Assembly (NCBI GenBank): GCA_019828565.1
Contig: JAHDYR010000007.1
Location: 62,001-126,000, forward strand
Length of the DNA: 64,000 nt
Direction: 5' to 3'
Source of the DNA: Carpediemonas membranifera BICM
Taxonomy: Eukaryota > Protista > Fornicata
The position numbers and the translations under genes are program-made. Positions 37,917-48,483 of the stretch are shown here, piece after piece (position 1 is the first letter of the stretch; the number at the start of each line of letters is the position of its first letter). Under the pieces are notes generated by a model. That model saw only the letters and a program-made list of their open reading frames with translations. It did not search any database and had not been told where the DNA came from.

Positions 37917-38503
37917 TCATCCAGGGCCTAGTGCGACGGTGAGGTTGACGGTAATAAACCCGTGCGTTTTCGTCCTGACCCTATCACGACCAAAGTTGTG
38001 TGCCAAACTATGTGATGGGTTTTTGAACTCTGTATGATGCCCTTGCACGAATGATGTTATCGCTTGCATCATTGAGGTTGCCTTTGGCCTGAAGATTGGA
38101 AGCTCAATGGTGTAGCTCCCCGGAAACATGGGAACGTGGCCCACAGCGTACCCCCGAGGGATATTGCGGCCGAACATATCGGGGCCCATGAACGAGAAGC
38201 ATAGCTGTGGCCAGCCATGGGCGGATGAGCCTCTGAGGGCCGCGAAGAAGGGTTGGTTGAACGCAAAGGACTCGCTCACGCGAACACCACGCATACGATG
38301 ACTTAGCTGGGTGGTGCACTGGTCATTTCCGTTCATGATCTCCCAATTACATGTATCCTTGTCCTTTTTGAAGACAATCATCAGTTTCGCCGCAAGCGCG
38401 GAGCAATCTTCGTACTTTGTGAGAAGATCTGGAGGAAACATACTTCTGCCGTTTCAATTGAGCCATTGATCGTGAGTGTAAAGGCGTCGCTGTCTTTCTG
38501 CAT
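37917..38503 (-). CDS. B9D1: B9-domain ciliary transition-zone protein B9D1/MKSR1 (intron 38415-38443)
   Basis: Exon 1 FTLTINGSIETAE, 29-nt GTATGT...CTCACAAAG intron, then FNQPF...HGWPQL...GPDMFGRNIPRGY...HVPMFPG...FRP...GRDRVRTKTHG. Confidence 0.88.
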
Positions 38504-38791
38504 TCTCTCAACAAAGAAATTTTGACAAAATCTGCACACGCAGAGTTGGCCTAATTCGGGCCGGAAGAGGGTCTACTCAGTGCTGCATACGTATTCATAG
38601 CAGATTATAAACGCGAATGGCCACTTTTCTTTCGGTCATCATTTGATCAATCTTTTCAACACTCCGGCGGCCCCGGTCTAGCTTACGAACACCATGCCAT
38701 GGGTGCTCCAGGCACCCTCTGGCCCGGAATTTCCCGGGTCCATGTTCTTTCCTGCCACAACGGACGTTGCTCTGAAAACGTTGAAACGTCG

Positions 38792-39946
38792 ATGTCAGCG
38801 GCGGATAGTACTGCTCAGGTTACCAAGTCCAAGACCAATCCCCGTCTCTTCTTCGTGTTTACCTCTGCGGACTGCAACCTGTCCTGCACGTACTGCGGTG
38901 CCACGGCCGAAGACCTGCAGATGCCACACCGTCCTACATACCCTGTGGATGATCTTGCCAAGTTCTTCGAGTCTGAGGATGGCGAGGGAATTACCGTCGT
39001 CTTCTATGGTGGCGAGCCGCTAACAAGCATTCCGTTCCTTCGGAAGGTGATGGACCGTTACCCCAAGGCGCAGTTCATCCTCCAGTCCAACGTCACGCTG
39101 CTCCACTCCTTGCCGACAGAGTACCTCCTCCGCCTTTGGTCCATTCTTGTGTCCATTGACGGCAGTGAAGCTACCACCGATGGCTACAGATCAAAAGGAC
39201 TCTACAAGAGGGTGATGGATAACGTCCAGGACGCCATCGACAGGGGCTACAAGGGCCCTCTGGTAGCCCGCATGACGTGCTCGATGAAGACGGACATTGC
39301 TGCTGAAGCAATCCATCTTCTCCGTGATGCGCCGGTCCCATTCACCGCGGTCTACTGGCAGATGGACGTCGGTTTCGATGCTCCCATGAACACACGTTGG
39401 GGCGACTTCCCCGGCTGGATGAACAATCAGTACAAACCCAGCCTCGATCGTCTCCGCGATTTCTTCGTTGCTGAGCTGAAGGAGGGTCGCGCGCCGATCA
39501 TTGTGCCCTTCCTCGGTGTCCTCAACACCGTCCTTGGCCGCTCTGAGATCAATGGCCTCCGCTGTGGCGTTGGTGTCGACACCTGGTCAATTACCACTGA
39601 TGGCCGCCTCATGATATGTCCGGTTGGCTTCGACGAGCCATGGAACTGTATTGGCGACATCCACACATCCACCAAGTCAGACCTCGGGCGCGTCGACGTA
39701 GCCGGTGCCTGCGACAAGTGCTCCATCCGTAACGTCTGCGGAGGCCGCTGTCTTTACGTTAACAAGACGGCCTGGTGGGGCGATGAAGGTATGGACTGGA
39801 TCTGTGAGGGTGTGAGGTATTTGGTCAAGATCATGGAGGATCTTGTTCCTGATGTCAAGAAGATGCTAGAGGAAGGTCACCTGGCCCTGGAGATGGCCCT
39901 CGATGACCCCGCGCTGTCGGATTTCAGCCTCGAGATCATCCCTTAA
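38792..39946 (+). CDS. Radical SAM/SPASM enzyme resembling the archaeal AF0577 (TIGR04084) family
   Basis: CNLSCTYC, FYGGEPL, ILVSIDG...TDGYR, ARMT, YWQMD, LRCGVG...ITTDGRLMICP, CDKCSIRNVCGGRCLY, terminal EIIP. Intronless. Confidence 0.88.
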   Translation: MSAADSTAQVTKSKTNPRLFFVFTSADCNLSCTYCGATAEDLQMPHRPTYPVDDLAKFFESEDGEGITVVFYGGEPLTSIPFLRKVMDRYPKAQFILQSNVTLLHSLPTEYLLRLWSILVSIDGSEATTDGYRSKGLYKRVMDNVQDAIDRGYKGPLVARMTCSMKTDIAAEAIHLLRDAPVPFTAVYWQMDVGFDAPMNTRWGDFPGWMNNQYKPSLDRLRDFFVAELKEGRAPIIVPFLGVLNTVLGRSEINGLRCGVGVDTWSITTDGRLMICPVGFDEPWNCIGDIHTSTKSDLGRVDVAGACDKCSIRNVCGGRCLYVNKTAWWGDEGMDWICEGVRYLVKIMEDLVPDVKKMLEEGHLALEMALDDPALSDFSLEIIP

Positions 39947-40006
39947 GAGAAAAAAACGGTTCAGAGATAGTGTTATTTATGCGGTGACGGTGTAAAAATG
40001 ACATCT

Positions 40007-41899
40007 TCAAAGCGTCCCAAATTTGTTACGCCCCGCCTGCCTCGATTCAATCATCATAATATCGCGGGTGGCCCTCTGCAGTGCGCCGTCCCCTCCATCG
40101 TTGCCGTAGCCTGGCGACTTGGTGAAGTTGTCAGCGAACCTGGCTGGGAATGGAGCAATAGCAGAGCGATGCTGGATGGCGCGGGGGCCAGGCGAAGTTG
40201 TCCCGATCATATCAACGTCTTGATCGAGGTCCTCCTCACCAATCGCGTCAATCTGTTTGGAGAAGGCTGCTTTCCTACTGAGTACGAATACGATGATCAG
40301 TGCGAGGATGGCGATGACGACAACACCGCTGGTGGAGGCAATCTCGATGAGGTGAGTGGCCGTATACTTCAATGCCAGCTGAGCAACATCACTTTCCATA
40401 AATAAATCGACGAAATCCCTCAAATAATACCAACTAATCCACAAAACGATGTCAAGTCCCAACAGCTGGAAACGGTGGCTTGATGAAAGCCCTGGTACGA
40501 CGAGACTGATCACCGTGAAGACCACGAGCAGCACAAACAGAGGGCCGATGTGAGGTTTGGCCTTCTGGGCAGTCGCGAGGTCCTTTCCTCTCGTATCCAG
40601 CGTATCGAATACATCTTGGACACGAGCGGGGTCAGCCCAACAATTTGAAGTGCGGCTACCCACTGCCCTCTGAAGAGCGTCATAGTCCTTGCGGCGTTTG
40701 ACCTTGTATAGGTCGCTGAGGAAGCTGTGAACATCCGTCACACAGGCAGATGCCGCGGCGTCAAAGTTCATCTTGACGCAGCGCTGCAACAACACCGTTG
40801 AATTGAATGAGCAATGCTTGCACCGCGAATGGAATATACGGTCGGCATCCTCGATAAGCTGCGTCACCTGGCCTTTGAACACGTCGCCATGGACGGGAAT
40901 CATCGTGCTCACCTTGGTAATGAGATCAGCTTCAACATCAGCTGTCACAGTGCGGGATATCTGTGTGACAAGGCTCTCGGTAGTCGGGGTCGGGTTGGTC
41001 AACAGAACAGATATGAGGCCCTCAATAAGATTCAGTCGGCGACTTGCTGGGATCCATGACCGCGATCTGTTGACAACATGGGCTCGCACATCTGCCAATG
41101 CATCCAGATACGGTTCATCAAACTCAATATCGCCCGAATCTAGCTGATTCCAAAGAGTTGAGTCGGCCACGGCTGGTGGGAGGGTCATGATGGGGGTACC
41201 GCCCCCAGAGAAACGGCCGAGTGTGTCTCGGACCAGCTGCATGGCCTTATGGCTGCCTGGCATGTTCTCCACGGTGGCAGCGAGAGATCCTTCATTGAGT
41301 GTGAACTTCTGCACTGTGAACAGCAAGTGAGGCAGGGCTAACGTGTCCGAGTACACTTCTGACAAGGTCAGCGCGTCCACAGCCTCGAGAAGGTCGGCCA
41401 TGTCAAGCTTATGGTCGGTGTTGAAGATGGTGAGATCCGACATCGCCAAACTGACCAGCACCAACGCGTGGTCGGTCGATTCATCGCCCAGGGCAGAGTG
41501 TACGCCCTCTACGTCGAGCACGACAGCACAGCGGCGACAGGGGGAGCCAGCAGTGCATGGCCTGAAGTCTGGGGTGTCTATGCATACTGGATGGGAGGCC
41601 CAAACTCCCGTGGTGCCGGGAGACGAGGCGTCGGATGAAACGTTGAGGCGCTCTTGGTCGTTGGAAAGACCTAGAAGCTCATTGATCATGAAGCTCTTGC
41701 CACGCTTGTTGCGTCCGACAACGGATATGAAGTGATAGGGATGGGAACTGTTCAAAATGTCACGACCTGCTTCCGTTAGCACGATATGATCGTTCACTGA
41801 CGCTATAATTTGACGTGGGTATGCCATTTCCTGCGCACATAGCGCTACTGTTACCAGAATTGCCAGCAACCCAAAGAATCTTCCAGAAAGCCACTGCAT
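40007..41899 (-). CDS. GBP/atlastin-family large GTPase with N-terminal signal peptide and C-terminal TM helices
   Basis: ISVVGRNKRGKSF (G1), TTGVW (G2), VLDVEG (G3), SDLTIFN. N-terminus FFGLLAILVTVALCA; about 3 hydrophobic helices after residue ~450. Confidence 0.8.
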   Translation of the reverse strand: MQWLSGRFFGLLAILVTVALCAQEMAYPRQIIASVNDHIVLTEAGRDILNSSHPYHFISVVGRNKRGKSFMINELLGLSNDQERLNVSSDASSPGTTGVWASHPVCIDTPDFRPCTAGSPCRRCAVVLDVEGVHSALGDESTDHALVLVSLAMSDLTIFNTDHKLDMADLLEAVDALTLSEVYSDTLALPHLLFTVQKFTLNEGSLAATVENMPGSHKAMQLVRDTLGRFSGGGTPIMTLPPAVADSTLWNQLDSGDIEFDEPYLDALADVRAHVVNRSRSWIPASRRLNLIEGLISVLLTNPTPTTESLVTQISRTVTADVEADLITKVSTMIPVHGDVFKGQVTQLIEDADRIFHSRCKHCSFNSTVLLQRCVKMNFDAAASACVTDVHSFLSDLYKVKRRKDYDALQRAVGSRTSNCWADPARVQDVFDTLDTRGKDLATAQKAKPHIGPLFVLLVVFTVISLVVPGLSSSHRFQLLGLDIVLWISWYYLRDFVDLFMESDVAQLALKYTATHLIEIASTSGVVVIAILALIIVFVLSRKAAFSKQIDAIGEEDLDQDVDMIGTTSPGPRAIQHRSAIAPFPARFADNFTKSPGYGNDGGDGALQRATRDIMMIESRQAGRNKFGTL

Positions 41900-41932
41900 T
41901 CAACGAATGTGCAGATTAAGATCAAGTGTGAG

Positions 41933-42412
41933 ATGGAGACGTTCCCGCCCTGTTCGCGCGATACGCTTCCTGTAGCGCCATCTCCACTCACCAAAACCGA
42001 GCCTTTGCCCATCAATTTCTGCTGTTCAATCGCCGACTTTGAGAAAATCTCTCAAGGTGCCTATGTGGACGGTGTTTGGGGCATGTTTGTAGAGAACGAC
42101 ACACTATACATGGTTCGGTCTCGCACAGGCTTCACCGTCTATGAAATCCCGTTTGTCCGTGAGAATGATGTGGTGAAGCCAGCGAACGCCGTCGTCAACA
42201 GGGACCCCCAGCAATACAAGGAGGACGACATAGCCTACGATGCCGCCCTTGCCGCATTCATCATAGCTGTCATCATGCTTCAGCGTGATGAGGCATTCCC
42301 GTTGCATGAGCGGGTCGCCAAGTCAAATCCACCACCAAAAGTAGTCCTAATGATTCAGGGCAGATCTGCAGGCACATGCGTCGAGAAGTACTACTCCTGG
42401 CCGAAGAAGTGA
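41933..42412 (+). CDS. Small protein resembling a bacterial uncharacterised family (W..F.E...LY..RS.TG...Y...VNRDP.QY)
   Basis: WGMFVENDTLYMVRSRTGFTVY...AVVNRDPQQYKEDDIAYD; intronless, followed by TGTAAA at 42423. Confidence 0.65.
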   Translation: METFPPCSRDTLPVAPSPLTKTEPLPINFCCSIADFEKISQGAYVDGVWGMFVENDTLYMVRSRTGFTVYEIPFVRENDVVKPANAVVNRDPQQYKEDDIAYDAALAAFIIAVIMLQRDEAFPLHERVAKSNPPPKVVLMIQGRSAGTCVEKYYSWPKK

Positions 42413-42446
42413 GCGTGGTAATTGTAAAGGCGCGTTTTTAGATAGT

Positions 42447-43754
42447 TTACTCCTCCGCGGGCTCCTCTTCAGCCTTCTGGGCAGCCTCCTCCTCGGCGGC
42501 CTTGCGAGCGGCCTCCTCCTCAGCGAGACGAGCAGCCTCCTCCTCAGCGGCCTTGCGAGCGGCCTCCTCCTCAGCGAGACGAGCAGCCTCCTCCTCAGCG
42601 GCCTTGCGAGCGGCTTCCTCCTCAGCAGCCTTGCGGGCAGCCTCCTCCTCAGCGAGACGAGCAGCCTCCTCCTCAGCGGCCTTGCGGGCAGCCTCCTCCT
42701 CAGCGAGACGAGCAGCCTCCTCCTCAGCGGCCTTGCGAGCGGCTTCCTCCTCAGCAGCCTTGCGGGCAGCCTCCTCCTCAGCGAGACGAGCAGCCTCCTC
42801 CTCAGCGGCCTTGCGAGCGGCCTCCTCCTCAGCGAGACGAGCAGCCTCCTCCTCAGCGGCCTTGCGAGCGGCTTCCTCCTCAGCAGCCTTGCGAGCGGCT
42901 TCCTCCTCAGCAGCCTTGCGGGCAGCCTCCTCCTCAGCGAGACGAGCAGCCTCCTCCTCAGCGGCCTTGCGAGCGGCCTCCTCCTCAGCGAGACGAGCAG
43001 CCTCCTCCTCAGCGGCCTTGCGAGCGGCTTCCTCCTCAGCGAGACGAGCGGCTTCCTCCTCAGCGGCCTTGCGAGCGGCTTCCTCCTCAGCAGCCTTGCG
43101 GGCAGCCTCCTCCTCAGCGAGACGAGCAGCCTCCTCCTCAGCGGCCTTGCGAGCGGCCTCCTCCTCAGCGAGACGAGCAGCCTCCTCCTCAGCGGCCTTG
43201 CGAGCGGCTTCCTCCTCGGCGAGACGAGCAGCCTCCTCCTCAGCAGCCTTGCGGGCAGCCTCCTCCTCAGCGGCCTTGCGAGCGGCTTCCTCCTCAGCGG
43301 CCTTGCGAGCGGCTTCCTCCTCAGCGAGACGAGCGGCTTCCTCCTCAGCAGCCTTGCGAGCGGCTTCCTCCTCAGCGGCCTTGCGAGCGGCTTCCTCCTC
43401 AGCGAGACGAGCGGCTTCCTCCTCAGCAGCCTTGCGGGCAGCCTCCTCTTCGGCGGCCTTCTGGGCGGTCTCGTCCTTGTTCTCGGAAGCCTCGGGCTCA
43501 ACGGGGATATCGACAATAGCGTCCTTGTCCTCATGAGCAGCAGGCTCGGGGGTAGCAGGCTCACGAGCAACCTCCTCCTCCTCCTTGAGCTCACCGGCAA
43601 CAACGGGGGTGCGCTGGGAAGACGGAGAACGAGGGTCTATCGCGGAGTAATCAGCAACAACGTGCGCAGGGATGGCAGCATTGGCCATCTTGGCGGTCTC
43701 ATCCTTAGGCGCATCAGCAACAATAGTCTTTTGCTTCGAAGAGCTCCCTCCCAT
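42447..43754 (-). CDS. Probably N-myristoylated protein with a long charged alpha-helical EEEAARK/EEEAARL repeat
   Basis: Start MGGSSSK (ATG 43754) fits the MGxxxS/K consensus; about 330 aa of repeats. Confidence 0.85.
   Translation of the reverse strand: MGGSSSKQKTIVADAPKDETAKMANAAIPAHVVADYSAIDPRSPSSQRTPVVAGELKEEEEVAREPATPEPAAHEDKDAIVDIPVEPEASENKDETAQKAAEEEAARKAAEEEAARLAEEEAARKAAEEEAARKAAEEEAARLAEEEAARKAAEEEAARKAAEEEAARKAAEEEAARLAEEEAARKAAEEEAARLAEEEAARKAAEEEAARLAEEEAARKAAEEEAARKAAEEEAARLAEEEAARKAAEEEAARLAEEEAARKAAEEEAARLAEEEAARKAAEEEAARKAAEEEAARKAAEEEAARLAEEEAARKAAEEEAARLAEEEAARKAAEEEAARKAAEEEAARLAEEEAARKAAEEEAARLAEEEAARKAAEEEAARKAAEEEAARLAEEEAARKAAEEEAARLAEEEAARKAAEEEAAQKAEEEPAEE
42478..43465 (-). 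repeat. Coding minisatellite of mixed 27-bp (AARKAAEEE) and 24-bp (AARLAEEE) units, about 38 units
   Basis: Directly visible; variation between units is almost entirely synonymous. Confidence 0.95.
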
Positions 43755-43991
43755 CGCGTTAAATAGTGATCTTGACAGCGCTGCAGGAAAAAACATGATT
43801 GTCTGTAGAAAAAATGATCGACCCAAAATACCTCTCCAGACGGCGATTGGTCCATCGATGGTGAGCATGTGACTCAGAATATCTATCATATCCCCGAGTT
43901 GAGCTCTGCTGCACTCAAGACACAGTCGCCTTCCCAATCGCTCAAGGGTTAAGGAATTTAGCTATAAAACGTTACCACGGCAAAACCTGCC

Positions 43992-45992
43992 TTAGAATGC
44001 AGAACCCTTGATATACACATCCCCTGGGGCCTGCTCCATGAAGCCCATGTCTATCAGTCGGGCCGTGATCAGCTGCTGGTTGGCCACGAGAAGTCCGAAA
44101 CTGATCGTGATCTGACGGAGGCTGATGTTCACGGAGACCTCACTGACACCAGGTACGGACAGCAGGCCGGCTTCTAGTTGCTGTGCGCACATCTCGCATT
44201 TGATTCTCTCCACATAAACTACGATCTTCTTCGAGTCTGTCTGGAAGATGCTATCGCCAGCCAAGGCGGGCAGAGAGGCGCTGACTGGGCCTATCACAGG
44301 AGCCTTGAGCGTCGCAACAGGACCGGGCGGGGTGGGCGGCCGCATCGTCGGTGGTGGGGGCGCCTCTGCTCCAAAGTCTGGGGGCGGCGTGGGGGGTCTC
44401 TCGGCGGGGAGATCAAGCTCCTCCTCCACCTCTGCCTCAGGCTCCCGGTGCTCTTTTGGCTTCTCATGTGCCTGCCTCTCAGGCTCCATCACAGGGTCGG
44501 ACGACTGACGCGACTCGGGCACAGCCCCGTCGTCCGGCTCCGGTACTTCATCACCCATCCCCAGAGAATCCCCGGTCTCGGGCTCCACAGAATCGGCCAC
44601 GCTGTCATGGTCCCCATTGTAATCCTGATGCTCTTCCTGCTGCTCATCATGGGCTGGTAGTGGCTCCACGACTGTCTCCTCCTCGGGCTCCTCGGGTACA
44701 GAGGACTCATCATCATCAGACTCACCCTCGGACTCACCCCCCAGACCATGGTCGGGCTCCTCTGGGGGTGATGCTGGCTCGGGAGATGGGGGCTCCTCGG
44801 ACTCAAGGCCGACTTCAGCATTTGGGTCAACTTCAACTTCAACAGTTGCATCAGCTCCAACTGCTGACTCGAACTCAACCTGAACGTCGGCTTCAACATC
44901 AGCCTCGGATTCTACCTCCACGTCAACCTCAGACGCCTGCTCCTCGGGCTCGGACTGTGCCTCCTCCTCGTAGTCGGGTTGCCCGTCTTCCTCCATTTCA
45001 CTGGCCTCCTCCTCCTCAGCACTCGACTCCACTTCTCCAATCATCAGCGGGGCATCAGCGGCAAAGGGGTCGTCGCGGACCATAGTGTCATACTCCACTG
45101 AACCAGGGTCGGTGTCAGTCATGTGCTCGGCCTGTGCGGCCTCGTCGTCGGCAACAACATGGTCGAGCAACGACCCGGACTCGGGCGACTCGGGCTCCTC
45201 CTCTTGAGGCTGGCCGGGTTCTTCGTCTTGAAGGCTGAGTTCAGTCGGCTCGGCCTCATCCTCCGGCTCATCGGGCATCACTGGCTCTGGTGCACTCTCA
45301 ACTTGCTGGGGCGACTCGGGCTCAGGGTCAGGAACTGTCCTCTCCTCCGGCAGCTCCACCTCGCTCTCCTCCTGGGCTTCCTCGTCCTCACTGACAGCGG
45401 CGTCGCCGTCGCCGCCCATGTCTGCAAACGGATCATCGTTAAATGGCCCGACCTCCAGGGGGATGTCGATATCTTCATCCTCATCTGGACTATCTTCCTC
45501 CACCGCCTCAGCCTCCTTCTCTTCGGCCTTCGATGACGCTGACCCTTCCAGCTGGAAGAGCATTTGGAGCAAATACACCCAGCCAGTATAGGTGTCCTGG
45601 TCGGGCATCAAAATCGGGTACACACGCTTCTTCTTCTGCTCCTGGATGCCAAACATGAAGGCAGAATCGAGGTCCTTGTTGTGCTTCTTGGCCATCGCGA
45701 GAACATCGTCGGGAAGCTGGTGGTTCGGGAGAAATACAGAGTCTTTCAGACTGATGCAGCCCTTTGATACGCTCTTAGAGTAGTCCTTGCTCTTGGTAAT
45801 TGGGAAATAGTACACAGCGTCCTTCGTTAGAACGAAGAAGCGAGCTTTCCAGCTACTGTAGTTGGCGTCGGCCTTTCTGCCTTCGCCACTAAGCATGATA
45901 CCTTCTATTTCGCTGAACTTAAAGCTTGTCTTCGGCATTGAGGCTTCGCTTGGCTTAGTCCAAGCCGGACGGATGTTGTCTGACGACTTCAT
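43992..45992 (-). CDS. PH domain + acidic low-complexity linker + C-terminal HMA (heavy-metal-associated) domain
   Basis: PH: EGIMLSGEG...SWKARFFVLTKDAVYYF...KGCISLKD...YTGWVYLL. HMA: VYVERIKCEMCAQQLEAGLLSVPGVSEVSVNI...LIDMGF. Confidence 0.82.
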   Translation of the reverse strand: MKSSDNIRPAWTKPSEASMPKTSFKFSEIEGIMLSGEGRKADANYSSWKARFFVLTKDAVYYFPITKSKDYSKSVSKGCISLKDSVFLPNHQLPDDVLAMAKKHNKDLDSAFMFGIQEQKKKRVYPILMPDQDTYTGWVYLLQMLFQLEGSASSKAEEKEAEAVEEDSPDEDEDIDIPLEVGPFNDDPFADMGGDGDAAVSEDEEAQEESEVELPEERTVPDPEPESPQQVESAPEPVMPDEPEDEAEPTELSLQDEEPGQPQEEEPESPESGSLLDHVVADDEAAQAEHMTDTDPGSVEYDTMVRDDPFAADAPLMIGEVESSAEEEEASEMEEDGQPDYEEEAQSEPEEQASEVDVEVESEADVEADVQVEFESAVGADATVEVEVDPNAEVGLESEEPPSPEPASPPEEPDHGLGGESEGESDDDESSVPEEPEEETVVEPLPAHDEQQEEHQDYNGDHDSVADSVEPETGDSLGMGDEVPEPDDGAVPESRQSSDPVMEPERQAHEKPKEHREPEAEVEEELDLPAERPPTPPPDFGAEAPPPPTMRPPTPPGPVATLKAPVIGPVSASLPALAGDSIFQTDSKKIVVYVERIKCEMCAQQLEAGLLSVPGVSEVSVNISLRQITISFGLLVANQQLITARLIDMGFMEQAPGDVYIKGSAF

Positions 45993-46119
45993 GCCGACTC
46001 CACGGGAAGCAAGATATGCTCATCGGGGAGGTAGCAGGACACGCTGTAGTGCCCAGCAGGTCATCTACATGGTCGGCTAATGATGTGCAGTTTATGGCAG
46101 AAAGCAACCCAAAGAATCG

Positions 46120-48339
46120 ATGAGTTCTGTGAGAGTCGTTCTTCGTCTGCGTCCGAGAGAGGACGGGGAAGAAAACGATATGTTCCAGTTCGCATCAGCA
46201 GCTGGCGGCCAGCTGGTCACGATTCGCTCTGCCGATAACGATGAACGCGAATTCTTCGTCGATGACGGCCTTCCAGCACGTACCACGCAGCATGAAGTGT
46301 TCAATTCTGTCGCCAAACCACTAGTCGACAAGGTATTTGAAGGCTTCAATGCTAGTTGCGTCGCATACGGCCAAACAGGCGCCGGTATGTAACTTTTGTC
46401 CAATTTCTCACCCTTAGTGGGATATGCGGCACTTCTACGCACTCACACAGGCAAGACGTACACTATGGTTGGCGAGTCAGAGCAGACGAACGGCATTGTG
46501 CCCCGTGTTGCCGAGTATCTTTATAACCTTATCGAATCCGACCAGACTATGGAGACGACCGTCTTCGTATCCTTCCTCGAAGTTTACCTCGACCAGGTCT
46601 TCGACCTCCTTGGGGAGATGGGTGGTCGTGCAACCGCGAAGCAAGTATTCCCTGGTTCCCGGCGCCGGGCGTCTGACTTCAACCGCGACACCAAGCTAGA
46701 GATCCACGAGGACGTCAGCGGTCTTGTGTATGTGAGAGATCTCACCATGGTGACCGCATCATCCGCTCAAGAGATGCTGAAGCTCATGCATAAGGGCATG
46801 AGCAAGAGAGCGACGTTTGGCACCAACATGAACGATCGATCGTCCAGATCTCACACGATCTTCTCCGTATCCCTTGTCCGTAAGTCGGCCACTGATCCGG
46901 ATGAGGCCACGACCTCCGTACTCAACCTGGTCGACCTGGCTGGGTCAGAGCGGCTCTCCAAGTCAGGTTCTGAGGGCCTCAGGCAGCGTGAGGCTCAGAG
47001 CATCAACCGGTCGCTCTCCGCCCTGGGCAACACTGTCGTCGCCCTGGCAAGGGGTGACTCTCACATCCCTTACCGTGACTCGAAGCTGACTCGTCTCCTG
47101 CAGGATTCCCTCGGCGGGAACTCCTACACCTCTCTGATAGCTACACTCAACCCCACTCCAAGACACTACGAGGAGTGCCTGGCCACTGTCATGTTTGCTC
47201 ATCGGTGTCGGAACGTCAAGAACACACCCACTGTGAATTATCTGGACGTTTCAGCCAAACAGATGGAGCAGCGGATCAAGAAGCTTCAGGAGGAGGTCGC
47301 CGATCTTAGATCCAAGCTTGCTGACAGAGACAGAACGATCGAGATGCTCCGAGGCAAGGGTGGCGAGTACGCCGACGACGGTATTGGATTGGGCGGCAGT
47401 GCTGCGGCTGGCGGTGCTTTTGGTAGACGCACGGCTGACGATCTGAAGCTACTGGAGGTCACGAAGAGCAACAACATGCACCTTAAGGAGAAGCTGGAGC
47501 GAAGGAAGGGCGAGTTCGAACTCATCCAGAACCGACTCAAGGATGAACGTCGGTCGGCCCGGCTGGACATGGAGCGTCAGAAAAAGAAGATTCTGGACCT
47601 GATGAATGAGAGTAGAGTGGGGAAGCACGATCTCGTACGGGCAATGAATGAGCACATCAGACGCCACGAGGACGAGCTCAACGCCGTCATTGCCCACAAC
47701 AAGGCCCTCCTCGAGGAATATCACCGCATGATGGAGTCGATTCCCCTTAACCTGCGGAGACTTTGGGACGGAGCTGCGGAGGCGGATAGTAACACGCTGT
47801 CGGAGGTGCAGCAGATAGAGATGATGTGTGCTGAGCAGATCAGGCTTGGACAGGTAGGTCATGCCACGGAGCTCGAGGACACACGTCTCAAGTATGAATT
47901 CGTCCTCGACAAGAAGCAAGACGAGCTCGACAAGTTCGTCGCTGAGTACAAGCAGTTCGCCCAGCAGCAGACCGCCAAGTTCACTGAGATGGCCGGATGT
48001 GCCGTATACTTCGCCAAGAGCACGTCGCAGTTTAGAACCCTTCTGTGCGAGGTGGCCGAGGGGAAACACCCGGCCTCCGACTTCATGGGGCGACGGGCGG
48101 TGAGGGTCAACCCGGACGCCATCCCGGCGTTCCCAGACAAGAGGATGCAGGACTTGCTGGCCCAAGCCAAGGCCGTAGTACATCCCGTTGAGAGTGACCC
48201 GAGGCTGACGGGACGGAGAGTCAGCTCGGCTCAGAACGCCTTGAGGGGGATGCAACTCCAGCAGAGGCCGGCGACCTCCTACATTCGGACCCGTAACCCA
48301 GTCGATCGGACCATGAGTCTCGATCATTTGGTCGGATGA
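46120..48339 (+). CDS. N-terminal-motor kinesin (intron 46385-46450)
   Basis: VRVVLRLRP, AYGQTGA|GKTYTM restored by splicing, NDRSSRSH, LVDLAGSER, HIPYRDSKLTRLLQDSLGGN; coiled-coil tail. Confidence 0.95.
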
Positions 48340-48483
48340 TGGAGGGCTGTAATATAAAGATATACGGGTTATGTCGTGGGCAGGGTGTTGTGGTGTGGCT
48401 GGGCCTCTCTGCTATCACGTCTCTCGGGGGGGTTGAGGAGTGATTTCGCAATTTTCGACGAGAGCACTCAAGAGGCAAAACCG

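Noticed and set aside
42347-43603. Alternative-frame ORFs (LRRRP..., RAASSS...) and a CRISPR-like appearance of the repeat
   Set aside because: Units are contiguous with no unique spacers, and variation is synonymous only in the EEEAARK frame.
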